A stretch of 64,000 nt of DNA from Chiloscyllium plagiosum (taxonomy: Eukaryota), in the NCBI RefSeq assembly GCF_004010195.1, contig NC_057718.1, positions 68,639,223 through 68,703,222 of the forward strand, read 5' to 3'. Numbering within the stretch: position 1 is the stretch's first letter; the number at the start of each line of letters is the position of its first letter. Positions 51,426 through 64,000 of the stretch are shown here, piece after piece. Position numbers and translations under genes: made by a program. The notes below the pieces were generated by a model. That model worked only from the letters and a program-made list of their open reading frames with translations. It searched no databases and had not been told where the DNA came from.

Positions 51426-53913
51426 AGCAGACTTCATAAACATCAGCCATTTCTCCACATCTCTGACAATGTGGGCCAACATCGTCCCTGACCACTCACT
51501 TCCCCTTTACGTAACTACAAAATTTCTTATTGATTTCAATGTCCCTTGCAAGGTTCCTTTCATTATCCCTTTCAGTACCTCTTTTGAACTTCTTTGTGGC
51601 CCTTTGCCAGGCTTTGTATCTTTCCCATTCAGCTGGATCTGTCCTGCTTTTTGCATTTTTATAAAGCACTTTCTTTTAATCTTTCATTGTCCACGGTTGT
51701 TTTTTCTTTGAAGTTGCTTTTCCTTCTCAGGAAATGTGTTCAATGTTTCATTAAACATCCTCCACTGTTGTTCTTTGTTTAACCCATTAACAGATTTTCC
51801 CAGTTTACTGTGGACAGTCGGCATTCCATCTCATTAAAGTCAGCCTTACTTAAATCTAAAACTCTGATAAGGTGATTCATGCTTTTCGCTTTCAAATGTT
51901 ACACTGAACGCTATTATCTTGTGATCACGATTTGTTAGATGTTTACACACAATTACTAATTAAGTTCAGCTTAGTGCTCATTACTAAATCCAACATCGCT
52001 TGTCCTCTTGTTGCTGCAGGAAATCCCAGACACTCTCCAGAATTTTACTATCTTTCTGGCAAGTCCTTGTCTACCTCTCCCAATTTACATTCAAGTTAAA
52101 ATGTCCCTTATAATACTAAACTGACTCTGTTACATACTTGCCTAATATCTGCATTTATACAATCTAGCATCTCAGAGCTGCTACCAGTGGGTCTATACAC
52201 AACCCCTATTACACTTTTCCATCCTTTACTGTTTCTCAATTCCACACGTAAAAGGTCTCCATTAATGCTTTCCCCTCATTGTAGCCTCCTTCACCGCTGA
52301 AGTGATTTTGTTTCTAATTAGTAAGGTTAATTCACCTCCTCTGCCATTTTCCTATCCATCCCATAAACCTTAAGCTGGTATATTTAGTTTCTAGCCCTGA
52401 TCATCTTGCAGCCAAGTCTCACTAACAGCTACTACATCATAACCTCCAATTTGAATTTGTGCTTGCAGCTTATTTATTTTATTCCTTATACTCCATGCAT
52501 GTCCATATTGAACTCTGATTTGGGCCAGACACTAACTTGTTACTCAGTACTTATGCTTTATTCACCTGTGTATTATTTCCCTCTTCTGGTTTAATCAATG
52601 CACCTCCCTCCCTAATCAATGAGTTCAGAGATGTTGTTACACTGCACTGGAGCAGGTAGGACTTGAAGCTGTGGCTCCTGGCTCAGAGGTAAGAATATTA
52701 CCACTGCTGGTGGCAATAGCTCTGTGGGAGATACCCAAGTAAAGTACTGCATTTCTATGTCAAATACTTTCCTGGTGCCATGTCCCTCGATCAGTAACTG
52801 AGTGCCTTTAGAAAGAGGGAATAAAATGACCAGAGATTTACATTCCTGAATTGCTGTTTGGTGACTCCTTAACTTTAGATATTGCACCTCACTGGGCAAT
52901 GCACTGGAAATCAAGCCTTGCTATTTCAAGAGTTTTCACAAACTTTTGTAAAACTGCACATTTCCCAATTTGCTAGTCTTTTAGACCCAGGTTGACACAA
53001 AGCACCGTTCAGGTTTCTGTACTTTAGAATTACTATTTATCACAATTAAATAGTCTCTAGCCGCAGGTAAACAATTATGGAGCACTAACTCCAATAGTGA
53101 AAACTCTATATATATACACACACACACACACAAATGGTTTTATGAATGCAGGGAAAGAGTGGGAAGTCAATTCAAATGGTCCTTACCACAGGGTTCACCA
53201 AGATAATTCTTTCAGTTTGTTAGGACTTGCTATTCCTTGATCATCTTTCTCCAGGTACTCTGCCCTTTTTCAGAAAGCACAGATCGACTGGTTCATACAT
53301 TTAATGTCTCTGAATTACTGGCTAAAAGCCCTTATAAAAGGCTTTGATTCATTATTTAAAGTCATAGCTTACAGAAACTGAAGAAAAAATAAATTGGTTT
53401 TCTTCATGCTCAAAAGGAGTTTTTACTGCAGAACAGCTTCTGATTTGGTAGATCTGATGGCATTACCCAATCATGCTCACAGCTCTACTTAAGAGCCAAT
53501 CACATAGTTATTAACAAAAAGGCCTTTGTCATTGGCAACTGGTCATGAGGTCACAGACCCATCAGTTATTTGCTGCTAGCTGAATCCCAATTTGTATAGA
53601 GCCTTTGATTCCAAACCATGAACCATGAACAGTACTTACAACTGATGCTTTACAAAAAAAAGTCAGTAGTCCATCAAAAATCCTTAATTTTAAGACAGTT
53701 CCTTTTTCCATTCTAGTTCCATAATCAAAAATACAGAAAAATAAAAAGATATGGTCTTTACAAGATGTGAGAAGAGTGAGCTAATTGCTGTCAGGTAAAA
53801 ACATGATTAGATTTGCTGAATATCCTTATAGAATTCATCACCACACAAGAAGTAATGGCTATTTCAACAAAGTATGAATAAGGCATCAACATCAATGACT
53901 ACCTTCAAGAAAA

Positions 53914-55547
53914 TAAAGTAAACAAACAGAAGGCTGGAAGAACGCAGCAAGCCAGGCAGTAGCAGGAGGTAGAGAAGTCAACATTTTAGATATTTACCCT
54001 TCTTCAGGATTAGATATAGGGGTAAGGGAAGCTACAGATAAAAGGGTGGGGTGTGGTTGGGTGGGGAGAGTAGCAAAATGGTGTGGTGGTGATGATAGGT
54101 GGACAAAGGTAGCAAGTATGACCTGGTTGGTCGATGGGAGAGATAAATTCAATTAGTAGCTATAAGGAAGGGTCAGTGGGTGTAATAGAAGGGAGGAGGT
54201 GGGGCTGAAAGGTTATTTGAAATTAGAGAACTCAGTGTTAAGTCTTCTGGGCTATAGGCTGTCCAGGCAGAAGATAAGATGTTGTTTCTCCAATTCGCAG
54301 TCTGATTCACTGTGGCAATGGAGGCCGCCAAGGAGGTCAGTCTGGTCATTTTGGGCTAGGTGAAGATGCTCTGTGAAATGGTCACCTGGTCTACGTTTGG
54401 TCTCACCAATGCAGAGAAGACCACATCAGTAGCACCAGTAGACTAGGTTGGATGACATTTACTATAAAAACTCTCAATCCCATGGCTACCTGGAATACAC
54501 CTCCTTCCACCTCGTATCTAGCAAATATTTCACCTCCATCACATCTGCTGACTAGGAGACATTCCACTCCCAAGTATCTCAGATGTCCTATTTCAAACAA
54601 CATTTTCTCCCCCTCTTCTGACATCCAGACAGCCCTTCACCTTTCCAGCTCTAAACTCCCTTCCACAAACATAACAATGGTAAAGCCCCTCCTTGTCCTC
54701 ACTTTCTACTCCACTGGCCTTCGCATCCAATGTATCATCCTCAAACACTTCCGCCAACTTCAATTAGACCCTACCACCCAGAATATCATCTCCTCCCCAC
54801 CTCTCTGTATTTTACGAGGAACCATTCCTTGGCTCACACTATATTCCCCTTCCAATTCCCCCCAGTATCTTTCCCTGTAACCAAAAAAGGTGCAACACCT
54901 GCCTATACACAACCTCCCTCACCTCCATCCAGGGGCCCCAAACAGTCCTTCCAGGTGAGATTGAGGTTCACCTGCATCTCCTCCAAACTAGTTTACCACA
55001 TCTGGTGCTCTCAATATGGTCTTCACAACATTCGCTGAGCATCTTAGCCAGGCCCAAAACAGTCAACCTGACCTCCTGGTCACCGCCTATTTCAATTCCC
55101 CCTCCCACTCCGACACATCTATCTTTAGCCTCCTCCATTGCCACAGTGAATCAGACCACAAATTGGAGGATCAACACCTCATCTTCTGTCTGTGAAGTCT
55201 AAAGCCCAGAGGACTTAACATTGAGTCCCCTAATTTCAACTAACCTTCCCACCTATCTAGACTCCTTTCCCAGTTCCCTGCCTCCTCCTTTCCATTCATC
55301 CTATTGACCTTTCTTTCCAGCTATCAACCAGATTCCCCTCTCTCCCATCGATCAACCATGTCTACCTCACCATTCAGCTACTCTCCGTTCCCCCCTTCTC
55401 TTTAACTGTAGCTCCCCTTATGCCCACATCTTGTCCTGAAGGGTTAATACCCGAAAGCATTGACTTCTCCGCATCCTGATGCTGCCTGGCTTGCTGTGTT
55501 CTTCCAGCCTCTAGTTTGTCTTCTTTGGATTCCAGCATCTATCTCTA
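53914..55547. mobile_element. Penelope-like (Neptune-type) insertion with inverted 3'-end duplication
   Basis: Minus-strand 3' end 53920-54450 and plus-strand body 54450-55540 (KQSFQVRLRFTCISSKLVYHIWCSQYG); degenerate hammerheads at both ends; candidate 10-bp TSD ttcaagaaaa (53904, 55548). Confidence 0.8.
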
Positions 55548-55739
55548 TTCAAGAAAAAGGAATGAAATAGAAGAAAGCAAGCTGAAACAAACCATTTTTT
55601 GCAACTCACTGTTTTGTATGATTTTATTTCTGAAAATTAAGTGTCAACATCAGCAAAACGTAGATTCTTTAAATAATATTGCAAAGTGGATAATAAAATG
55701 CCAATGGCAATGTAGGACCCCAGTGATAAATTCATTTGA

Positions 55740-56115
55740 TTGTCATAGAGCCATCGAGATATACAGCATGGAAATAGACCCTTCGGTCCATCCTGTCTAT
55801 GGTGATCAAATATCCCAACCCAATCTAGTCCCACCTGCCAGCACTTGGCCCATATCCTTCTAAACTCTTCCTATGCATATACCCATCCAAATGCCTTTTA
55901 AATGTTGCAATTGTACTAACCTCCACCACTTCCTCTGGCAGCTCATTTCATACACGTACCACCCTCTGCATGAAAACGTTGCTCCGTAGGTCTCTTTTAC
56001 ATCTTTCCCCTCACCTGAAACCTGTGCCCTCTAGTTCTGGACTCCCCCACCCCAGGGAAAAGACTGTCTATTGATCCTATCCATGCCCTTCAATTTTGAA
56101 AACCTCTATAAAGTA
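55740..56115 (-). mobile_element. HER1/CR1 3' end
   Basis: Closely similar to 18775-19140. Confidence 0.88.
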
Positions 56116-56213
56116 ACATTTAATTATAGAATCTAGATTGAAAATGTATTCAGGATGTTCTCAGCAGTCTGTTAAAAATGAATTTTGTAAATAAATTGCT
56201 TGTTCGTGAGCGA

Positions 56214-56713
56214 NNNNNNNNNNNNNNNNNNNNNNNNNNNNNNNNNNNNNNNNNNNNNNNNNNNNNNNNNNNNNNNNNNNNNNNNNNNNNNNNNNNNNNN
56301 NNNNNNNNNNNNNNNNNNNNNNNNNNNNNNNNNNNNNNNNNNNNNNNNNNNNNNNNNNNNNNNNNNNNNNNNNNNNNNNNNNNNNNNNNNNNNNNNNNNN
56401 NNNNNNNNNNNNNNNNNNNNNNNNNNNNNNNNNNNNNNNNNNNNNNNNNNNNNNNNNNNNNNNNNNNNNNNNNNNNNNNNNNNNNNNNNNNNNNNNNNNN
56501 NNNNNNNNNNNNNNNNNNNNNNNNNNNNNNNNNNNNNNNNNNNNNNNNNNNNNNNNNNNNNNNNNNNNNNNNNNNNNNNNNNNNNNNNNNNNNNNNNNNN
56601 NNNNNNNNNNNNNNNNNNNNNNNNNNNNNNNNNNNNNNNNNNNNNNNNNNNNNNNNNNNNNNNNNNNNNNNNNNNNNNNNNNNNNNNNNNNNNNNNNNNN
56701 NNNNNNNNNNNNN
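56214..56713. other. Assembly gap (500 N)
   Basis: Run of N. Confidence 1.
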
Positions 56714-56989
56714 CTTTTTTTTTGGTTAGAGGAGGAGGTTGGGCCTGAGATACTACCCTAAGTAGTGTTTTGGGTAATGCAACTGCCCAAGTATATTACT
56801 TCATTTACTCAGCAGTTCTGTGTCCGCTCCTGCTCAGCGTGTGCTCTGCCTATTCACAAGATAAGTTTTTAAATTAGTGATTCACCTTCCTGTCAGCCTG
56901 CTGGTTGACGCTCCCACTCTTTCTGCTGCTGAAACAAAAAATACTGGATTACTCCCAGTGCTACACTGGAGTACAGGTATAAAAGAATT

Positions 56990-59330
56990 AGACAGAGGCA
57001 TTTGATAAGTCCTATATAAGAAATGACAGTTAACTAAGGTAGAAGTTCATGAAATTGAAAACAAATTAATGATATGGCTGGCCAGTTGGTTGCGTGGTTG
57101 GGGACAGAAAATAGGGATTATGGTTTGGTACTCAAATTGGCAGGATGTAACAAAAGGCCCACAAGGATCTGTATTAGGGCCTCAATTATTCACATTCTTT
57201 ATTAATGGCTTGGATAATGGCATAGAAAGTCATATATCCAACTTTGCTGATCTTGCAAAATTAAGAGGCATTGCAGACAATGTAGATGTTAGCCTATCAA
57301 TATCACTTAGTAATTTTGTACTAGGTGAATGGGCAATACTGTGACAATGGAGTTCCACACAAACTGGTGTGAGACTATCCATTTTGGATTGAAAAAGGAT
57401 AGATCAAGGACAGAAATCAATTCAGCTACAGTTAAGGAACAAAAAAGATGTAGCAACATTTCTATGCCATTTATAAGCTACCAATGGCTGGAAGAATGTA
57501 AGGATCAAATCTGCAAGGGAACTAGGGGTGCAAATATTACAGTAATTATAGTGGGGGATTTTAATTAACCAAATATAGACCAGAATAATGATCGAAGGAC
57601 AGATAGCAGGAAATGTTCCCAAATTTTTTTTAGGAGTACCTTGTACAGCAATATGTGTCCAGTCCAATGAGAAGGAGGCTATGCTAGACCTGGTTTTTGA
57701 GGATGAGATGGGCTAAATGTCAGTTTGGGATGATGCTGGTAGAGAATAACAAACAATCTAGAGTAAGAATAACTAACTGCAGAAGAGTCAACTTTGGGGC
57801 AAGAGTAGAACCAGGCTGGTTAGACTGGAGCCAAATGTTACAGGAAAATTATATAGCTGGCCAATGGGTTACCTTCAAAGAAGAAATGGTTCAGGCATAG
57901 TCCAAAGTGGAAGAGAAAGGAGATAGAAATTAAGATTATGAAGAAGAGGTGTGCTTATGACGTGTGTTGAGTTAAAAAATGCAGTTGAGTCAGATTAAGT
58001 ATGGATAGTTCAGAAAGGAGGTGAGAAAGCAAATAAGAAAAGCAATACTGGATTGTGAAAAGAGACTGGCAGCAGGTAATTTTGTCTTTTATAAGCATTC
58101 AAATAGTACACTGATGATTAAAGGAGGAGTAGAGCCAATTGATTTCTGTGAAAGTCGACAATGATTTCACGGTTGTCATTAGACATTTTAATTCCAGATT
58201 TTATTGAATTCCGATTCCACCAACTGCATATTGTGATTCCAATCTTACCTGAGACCTCTGGATCATTACCATTAACCTAGTGACATTACGACCAGGCAAT
58301 TGCCTCACCATTCAATTTCAAAGTTTAGTAATAATACAAAACTTGGAAGTATTGTAAACTGCAAGGGGTTCAGTGTAGAACTTCAAAAAGTGATTGACAA
58401 ATTGGTGGAATAGGTGAACAAGTAGCAGATGAAATCAATGCAGAAAATTGAGAGATGGTGTACTTTGGTATAAAGAACATGAGAAGACTTTTTAAAAATT
58501 GGGTATTATTCTAAATGGTATTATTCTAGTGGGCACAGTGGTTAGCACTGCTGCCTCATAGCACCAGAGACCCTGGTTCAGTTCCCGCCTCAGGCGACTG
58601 ACTGTGTGGAGTTTGCATGTTCTCCCTGTGTCTGCGTGGGTTTCCTCCGGGTGCTCCGGTTTCCTCCCACAGTCCAATGATGTGCAGGTCAGGTGAATTG
58701 GCCATGCTAAATTGCCCGTAGTGTTAGGTAAGGGGTACATGTAGGGGTATGGGTGGGTTGCGCTTTGGCGGGGCGGTGTGGACTTGTTGGGCCGAAGGGC
58801 CTGTTTCCACACTGTAAGTAACCTAATCTAAAAAAGTCTAAATGGTGTGCAGGAGCAAGAGAGACCTGGATCTGTACACCCAAGTCTTTAAAGGTGGCAG
58901 TACCTGTAGACAGCTGTTAAAATGCATTCATTATCCTAGGCTTCATTAATAAGGGAATAGAGTACAAGAGCAAGGAAATTCTCCTGTTCCTTGGATGCTG
59001 CCTGACCAGATGCTACTTAATCCTATACTAAAAAAAATGTAGAAATGTGAATGTTGCTCTTCAGAAAGATGTGAATGCATTGGAGAGTGTAGAAGAGGTT
59101 TACAAGAATGATTGGAGATTAATCACTTCATTTCTGAGAGTAGGTTGAAGAAGTTAGGACTGTTTGATTTGAGGGGAGGAGACTAAGAGACAATCTGATA
59201 GAAGTTTTCAAAATGTTGAAAGACCTGGAAAGCGTGGACAGAGAGAAACTGTTCCCACTCCTAAAATGATTAGAATGAGAGGGCACAGATTTGAACAAGC
59301 TCTCCAAAAGAGGCAAATGCAAATGAGTGT
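56990..59330 (+). mobile_element. Cluster of old CR1 LINE fragments
   Basis: [23 protein letters not shown] (endonuclease), RDNLIEVFKML motifs. Confidence 0.7.
58529..58830 (+). mobile_element. HE1-type V-SINE (young)
   Basis: tRNA-like head, V core, CR1-derived tail ctgtaagtaacctaatct; direct repeat tctaaatggt at 58510 and 58837. Confidence 0.92.
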
Positions 59331-59846
59331 AAGCCTTTTCAACCATGAATGTTTAAGGTCTAGAGTGCACTTCCTGCTGCTGCTTGAACTTTTGGTGATA
59401 TCGGTATTTATTTATTTTAAAAATACCATTTTACTACATGCTGTAGCTGGCTATTTGATATATCCATGGCAATTCTGTTCTCCCTCTTGTTTACACAAGT
59501 GCATTGCTCCAAGTGGTGCTGATTGGTCTGTTTGGGGAAGAAAGAGCAGTTTAGAAACATGAAGGGTAATTGTAGTATCTTGTTTATAATTATTGTTATA
59601 ATTTAACTTAGTGAAGCTTGGGATTTGAGTTCAAGTTTTCTTTCTGTTGGTAATTCAGTATTGTACCATAGTGTGTTTTCCCAGTGACTCATTTTGGAAT
59701 TCTTTAGACTTGTTATGAGCAGAGCAACTCTGTCCTGTTTTTCCTTGAGTTTGAGAGATACTTACCACAGTTACTTTATTACTGTGAAATTTAGCCTAAT
59801 AATTATATTCAGTTGCAGTAATTTGTGCTCTTTATTAATTTCATAG

Positions 59847-60051
59847 GCAAACAATGCAGATGATCCCTGGTTGAATTGGAATACTACTTCAGCTGGGACC
59901 TGGAGCACTAATAATGCAGGTAACAGTGGAAATCCCTGGAGTGCGGTAAACTGGCCAACAAACACAGACAGTTCAAATGCACAGAAAAATAATACTGCAG
60001 ACAATTGGGACATGACTGGCTATGGTCATCCACAGGCCTACCAGGGCCCAG
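59847..60051 (+). CDS. SNX9: Sorting nexin 9, probable exon 5 (ANNADDPW...NWDMTGYGHPQAYQGP)
   Basis: 205-nt phase 0/1 exon, ttcatag acceptor, CAG/gtcagt donor; DPW motif and GHPQAYQGP end match SNX9; multi-exon SH3 organisation favours SNX9 over SNX18/SNX33. Confidence 0.93.
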
Positions 60052-62519
60052 GTCAGTGGCAGTAAACTTACAGTACAGTTCTCTAATGTTCAGACATGCA
60101 TCTGTTTTTCAGTGATATTTTTGAGGACTCTGCTGCTTGTTCTGTGTGTCTGTTTGTTATTATTTTACATTTGTGCTTAAGACTACTGATAACTTCAACA
60201 GAATGAATGCGTATGAGCATTGCCCGTATATAACAACCTGCAAGATAATTGGATGGAAAATGAATGAAGGTTGTGTATATTGCCTTTTTCATATTTCTAT
60301 CATAACATTTCCATCAACAGAGAAGCACATTTGCAAGAATAAAACTCGGCTGTTTGAAAACTTATGAATTACTTGCATAATGAGAATGGAGATGGCTGTT
60401 TAATAATAATTAGAGCTTTAAACAAAAGTACTGAATTGGTAACGTCTAGACATGTTTGACTGTTGTATCATATTAAAAACAAGTAGACAAGTACTCACTG
60501 TGTTGCATTTTATTCACCGCATGAGAGGCCAGTAGAATGTTAACCAGCTTTACTGACATCTAACTTGCATTTGTTTGAACATGTTTTAATTCAGCACATC
60601 TGCATGTACTTTAGAAAATTTCTCTGAAAAATAGAGAATTGAACTGTTGTAAAAAATAACTTTCCTGTGAATTGATGCACCTTTGTGCATTGTCTGGTGT
60701 TACAATCAAATCAGTACACACTTGTTTCTGTCTGTTTGCTTTCTTTACAGGACTAAGACTTTTTTTTGTTTTTCTATGTCTTTTGATTAGTTCTGAGTAT
60801 TGAATAATAGATTCACAACTGTTTTTCAAGCTTAGGATATAAAAATATTTGATTTTTAATATTTTATTTAAAACTGTGAATGTCTTTTGACAAATAGTCT
60901 TGGGAAATGATGAACTTGTGACCTCAATGTGTGGTCGTTGGAATATGTAGTAGTTAAATATTAAAGATATTATTCCACTTGGGCATCTCAGTTAAATATA
61001 CAAAATCCTGAAGTGGCTTAACGGGGTAAAAACTGAGTGGGTTGACCCTGGATGGAGAACTTCGAGCGTAAAGGCACAGACTCAAGCTAAAGGGTTGATG
61101 GTTTAGGACTGTGGTGTGGAGTTTCTTTTATGTGAAGAGTTGAGAACTTTTGGAATTCTCTCCTGGAGGGTTATGGATACTCTAATGTCAAATATATATT
61201 CAGAACTGAAGTTGGCAATTTTGTTGGTTTCTCACGGAATCAAGGCATATGGAAGTTGAGCAGGCAAGTAGAATTCAGACAAAAGTCACCTGGGATCATA
61301 GTGAATGAAGGGGTGTAGTATGTTCCTGCTCTTATTTCTTATGATCTTAGTTTTTTGGAAGGGCGTGTTAAAAATGAGCAATTAAGTAACCCGGCTTTGA
61401 ATGCATATTTTGAGTGCTGATGAAATGTGCTTTGGGGATGAGGGAGTAGCTTGTAGCACCCATTTCTTGGCATTTGTGGCACACATGCACAATTGTATAA
61501 GGCGGTATCTTAATGGTTTTCACAGGTATCTAATATCTATCAGCAACATGTTAAGTAGGCAATTTTTACTATTGATCAAAGTACAACACTAATTTAACAC
61601 CATTGGTGCCATTTTGGAGCTCCATTCTCCAGCCTATCATTCTACTTAACCTGGCACAGCTGAATGCAATATTAAATGGATTAATGAATGCTGTCCAAGA
61701 GGGCTTTTCTGGTGTGATGGTAGTGTGATAACTCTGAACCAAGAAACCTAAATTTCACTTACTCCAGAATTGTAATATCTCTAAGCACGTTGATTTAGAA
61801 AATATAATTAAAAGGAAGTCTACCAAACCTATTTGAAAGGGTCTTGAACTATCTGCAGGCTACTTCTTCTGACTGTTACTTTAATTCCATGCATTTTGAA
61901 TGGTTTCCATCATTGCTTAAAGCTTCACCAGGTGACAGGAAGTTGTGGGACAGCTGCTGAATTACTCTGTGGCTGATTTAAAAACTTCTGCACAGAGAAG
62001 TTGCTCCCAGGCATTGGTTGATTTGTTGGCCTTTCCCCTAGCATTAAGCATGACTAGGGAATTAACAGAGGACATGCAATGCAGGACAAACTCCTGTGAG
62101 AGGTAAAAGTGAAAAATGCCCTTGGCAGAAGGTTGTATCAGCACTGGCAGTTTAAGGAACAACTCTTCTGCCTGTGCTTCAATGATCACAAATGATTGAG
62201 ACGATCTTGCTTCACTAGACTGTTCATCATTAAAATTTGCTGCCTGGAATAGTTGCCACCCCAATCTCAGAGCAGAACAGCAAATGATGCAGATCAGTAC
62301 CTGGCATCCTGGCAACAGTTGGAAGTAGCCACTCTGTAGCAATCTTCTGTCACCTGCACTTCAACGATGACAGAAAACTAAAGAGTGGCTACTGGACAAT
62401 TGGAGGCTCTCAATGATTGTATTGCTCATGGTTCCACATGCATGACAGACATGTTGAGAAGTCCTGGTACTGTAAGAAATCTCTTGGAACAGAATGTGAA
62501 ATAGGCAAAAAAAAAATTC

Positions 62520-64000
62520 TTGGCTCACGGCAAAGCCAAATTCCAATGAAGAATGGTATCAACCAACATTGGGTAACCTAAAGAAGTTAAGGATGGCATC
62601 AGTGTGGCAAAGATTAATGGTAAGCCAAAGGATTGGGAAGAATAATTTAAACCAACAAAAGGTGACCAGAAAAAGTAATGGAGGGAGAAAATAAATTTAG
62701 AGGGTAAACTTGCAAGTAATATCAAGCCGGGCAGCAATTGCTGGTTTAAAATAAAAATGAGAGAAAAGCCCCTTCTCTCCTAAGAGACCCAAAGGTCCCT
62801 TAGAGAATGAGGCTAGGGAAATAAAGATGGGCACCAGGATATGGCAGCGGAGTTGAATAAATACTTTGCATCAGTCTTTATAGTATAAAACACTAATAAC
62901 ATTCCAAAATTATTAAATATTCAAGGGGCAACAGCGAGGAGAGGAAATACATGCTATTAAATACAAATAAATACCCTAGAGATAAAGTGATAGGGAAACT
63001 AATGAAGTTAAAGGCTGCTAAGTACACTAGACTTGATGGACACGTCCTAGGATATTAAAGAAAAATATTACAGATGGATGATTATTACCAGTTCATCCTC
63101 TAAGAATCCTTGGATTCTGGAAAAGTTCCAGGAGATTGGAAGGAGTCAAAAAAACAGTTAACAATAGGTCAGTTAGTTTAATGTGTTATTGGGAAAATGT
63201 TAGTCTATATGAAAGAATGCAGTAGCAGAACATTTCAAAATGCATAATTTGATCAAGCAGAGGCAATGTAACTTTGTGAAGGGGAAATCATGTCTGGCAA
63301 GATTACTAGAATTCTTTGAGGAGGTAATAGGCAGAATAGAGATAAAAGGAAAGCATTAGATATAGTATATTTGGAATTTCAGAAGGCATTTGATGATGTA
63401 CCATGCAGAAGGCTACTTAATGAAGCAAGTGTAGGAGGTAGTATATTAACACAGAGAATTGGCCAACTAATAGAAGAAAGAGAATTGGGGAATAAGGGTG
63501 TATTTTCAGGATGAACATCTTTAACTAATAGTGTGCCACAGTGATCAGTCCTGTGGCCACAATTATTTACAATAGATATTAATGACTTGGATGAGGAAAG
63601 TGAATGTACTATAGCCAAGTTTGTTGATGACACAAGTAGGTGGGAAGGCAAATGAGGAGGATGATAGAGTCTGCAGAGGTATATAGACAGGTTATTTGTA
63701 TGCACTAAAACTTGATAGTTAGAATATACTGTGAGGAAGTGTGAGGTTTTGCATGTTGGCACTGAAGCTGAATATTTTTTAAATGGAGAAAGACTGCAGA
63801 AAGTTACAGAACTGAGGGATTTGGGAATCCTCATCCATTGATCACAAAAAGCTAGCATTCAAGTTCATTAGGTAATAGGGAGGACAATAGAATGTTGCAC
63901 TTTATTTCAAAGGGAACGGTGTAAAGAACTTAGGAGGTTTTGCTAAAATTTTACAAGGCACTAATCAGACCACAACTGAAATACTGTAAACAGTTTTGGG
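62520..64000 (+). mobile_element. Old CR1 LINE ORF2 fragment
   Basis: LNKYFASVF, GKSCLARLLEFFEEV, YLEFQKAFDDV, AKFVDDT motifs with stops. Confidence 0.85.

Noticed and set aside
52947..53762. Possible third solo LTR (tgtaaa...tttaca ends)
   Set aside because: No matching TSD found; boundaries cannot be supported
56178..56748. ORFs of 182-183 aa
   Set aside because: Artefacts of the second N gap
58529..58600. tRNA gene (A/B box-like sequence; similar at 7770, 4095, 12410, 15790, 15940)
   Set aside because: These are tRNA-derived SINE heads followed by SINE body, with no complete cloverleaf
61962..62342. 126-aa minus-strand ORF
   Set aside because: No recognisable domain or convincing splice context; probably an old repeat remnant

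Overview
Eukaryotic (vertebrate) genomic DNA, almost certainly an elasmobranch (shark/ray) judging from HE1-type V-SINEs and HER1/CR1 LINEs (inference). The window lies inside one + strand gene, SNX9 (sorting nexin 9): four coding exons (probable exons 2-5, covering the SH3 domain and the low-complexity region) separated by 9-25 kb introns. Exon 1 and the PX-BAR exons lie outside. Introns are filled with decayed retroelements (CR1/HER1, Rex1/Babar, tRNA-derived SINEs, Penelope-like elements of two types, solo LTRs, MITEs), and there are two 500-N gaps. The most notable unexplained structure is a dense population of minimal type I hammerhead ribozyme motifs (CUGAnGA-stem II-GAAA-palindrome-NUH) in three sequence families. 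They occur at the ends of Penelope-like elements and as 90-250 bp solo or fold-back insertions with 5-18 bp target-site duplications, several in the sense orientation of the SNX9 pre-mRNA. Nearly all ORFs in the supplied track are TE remnants or noise. Repeat boundaries are approximate and were read by eye; no searches were run.
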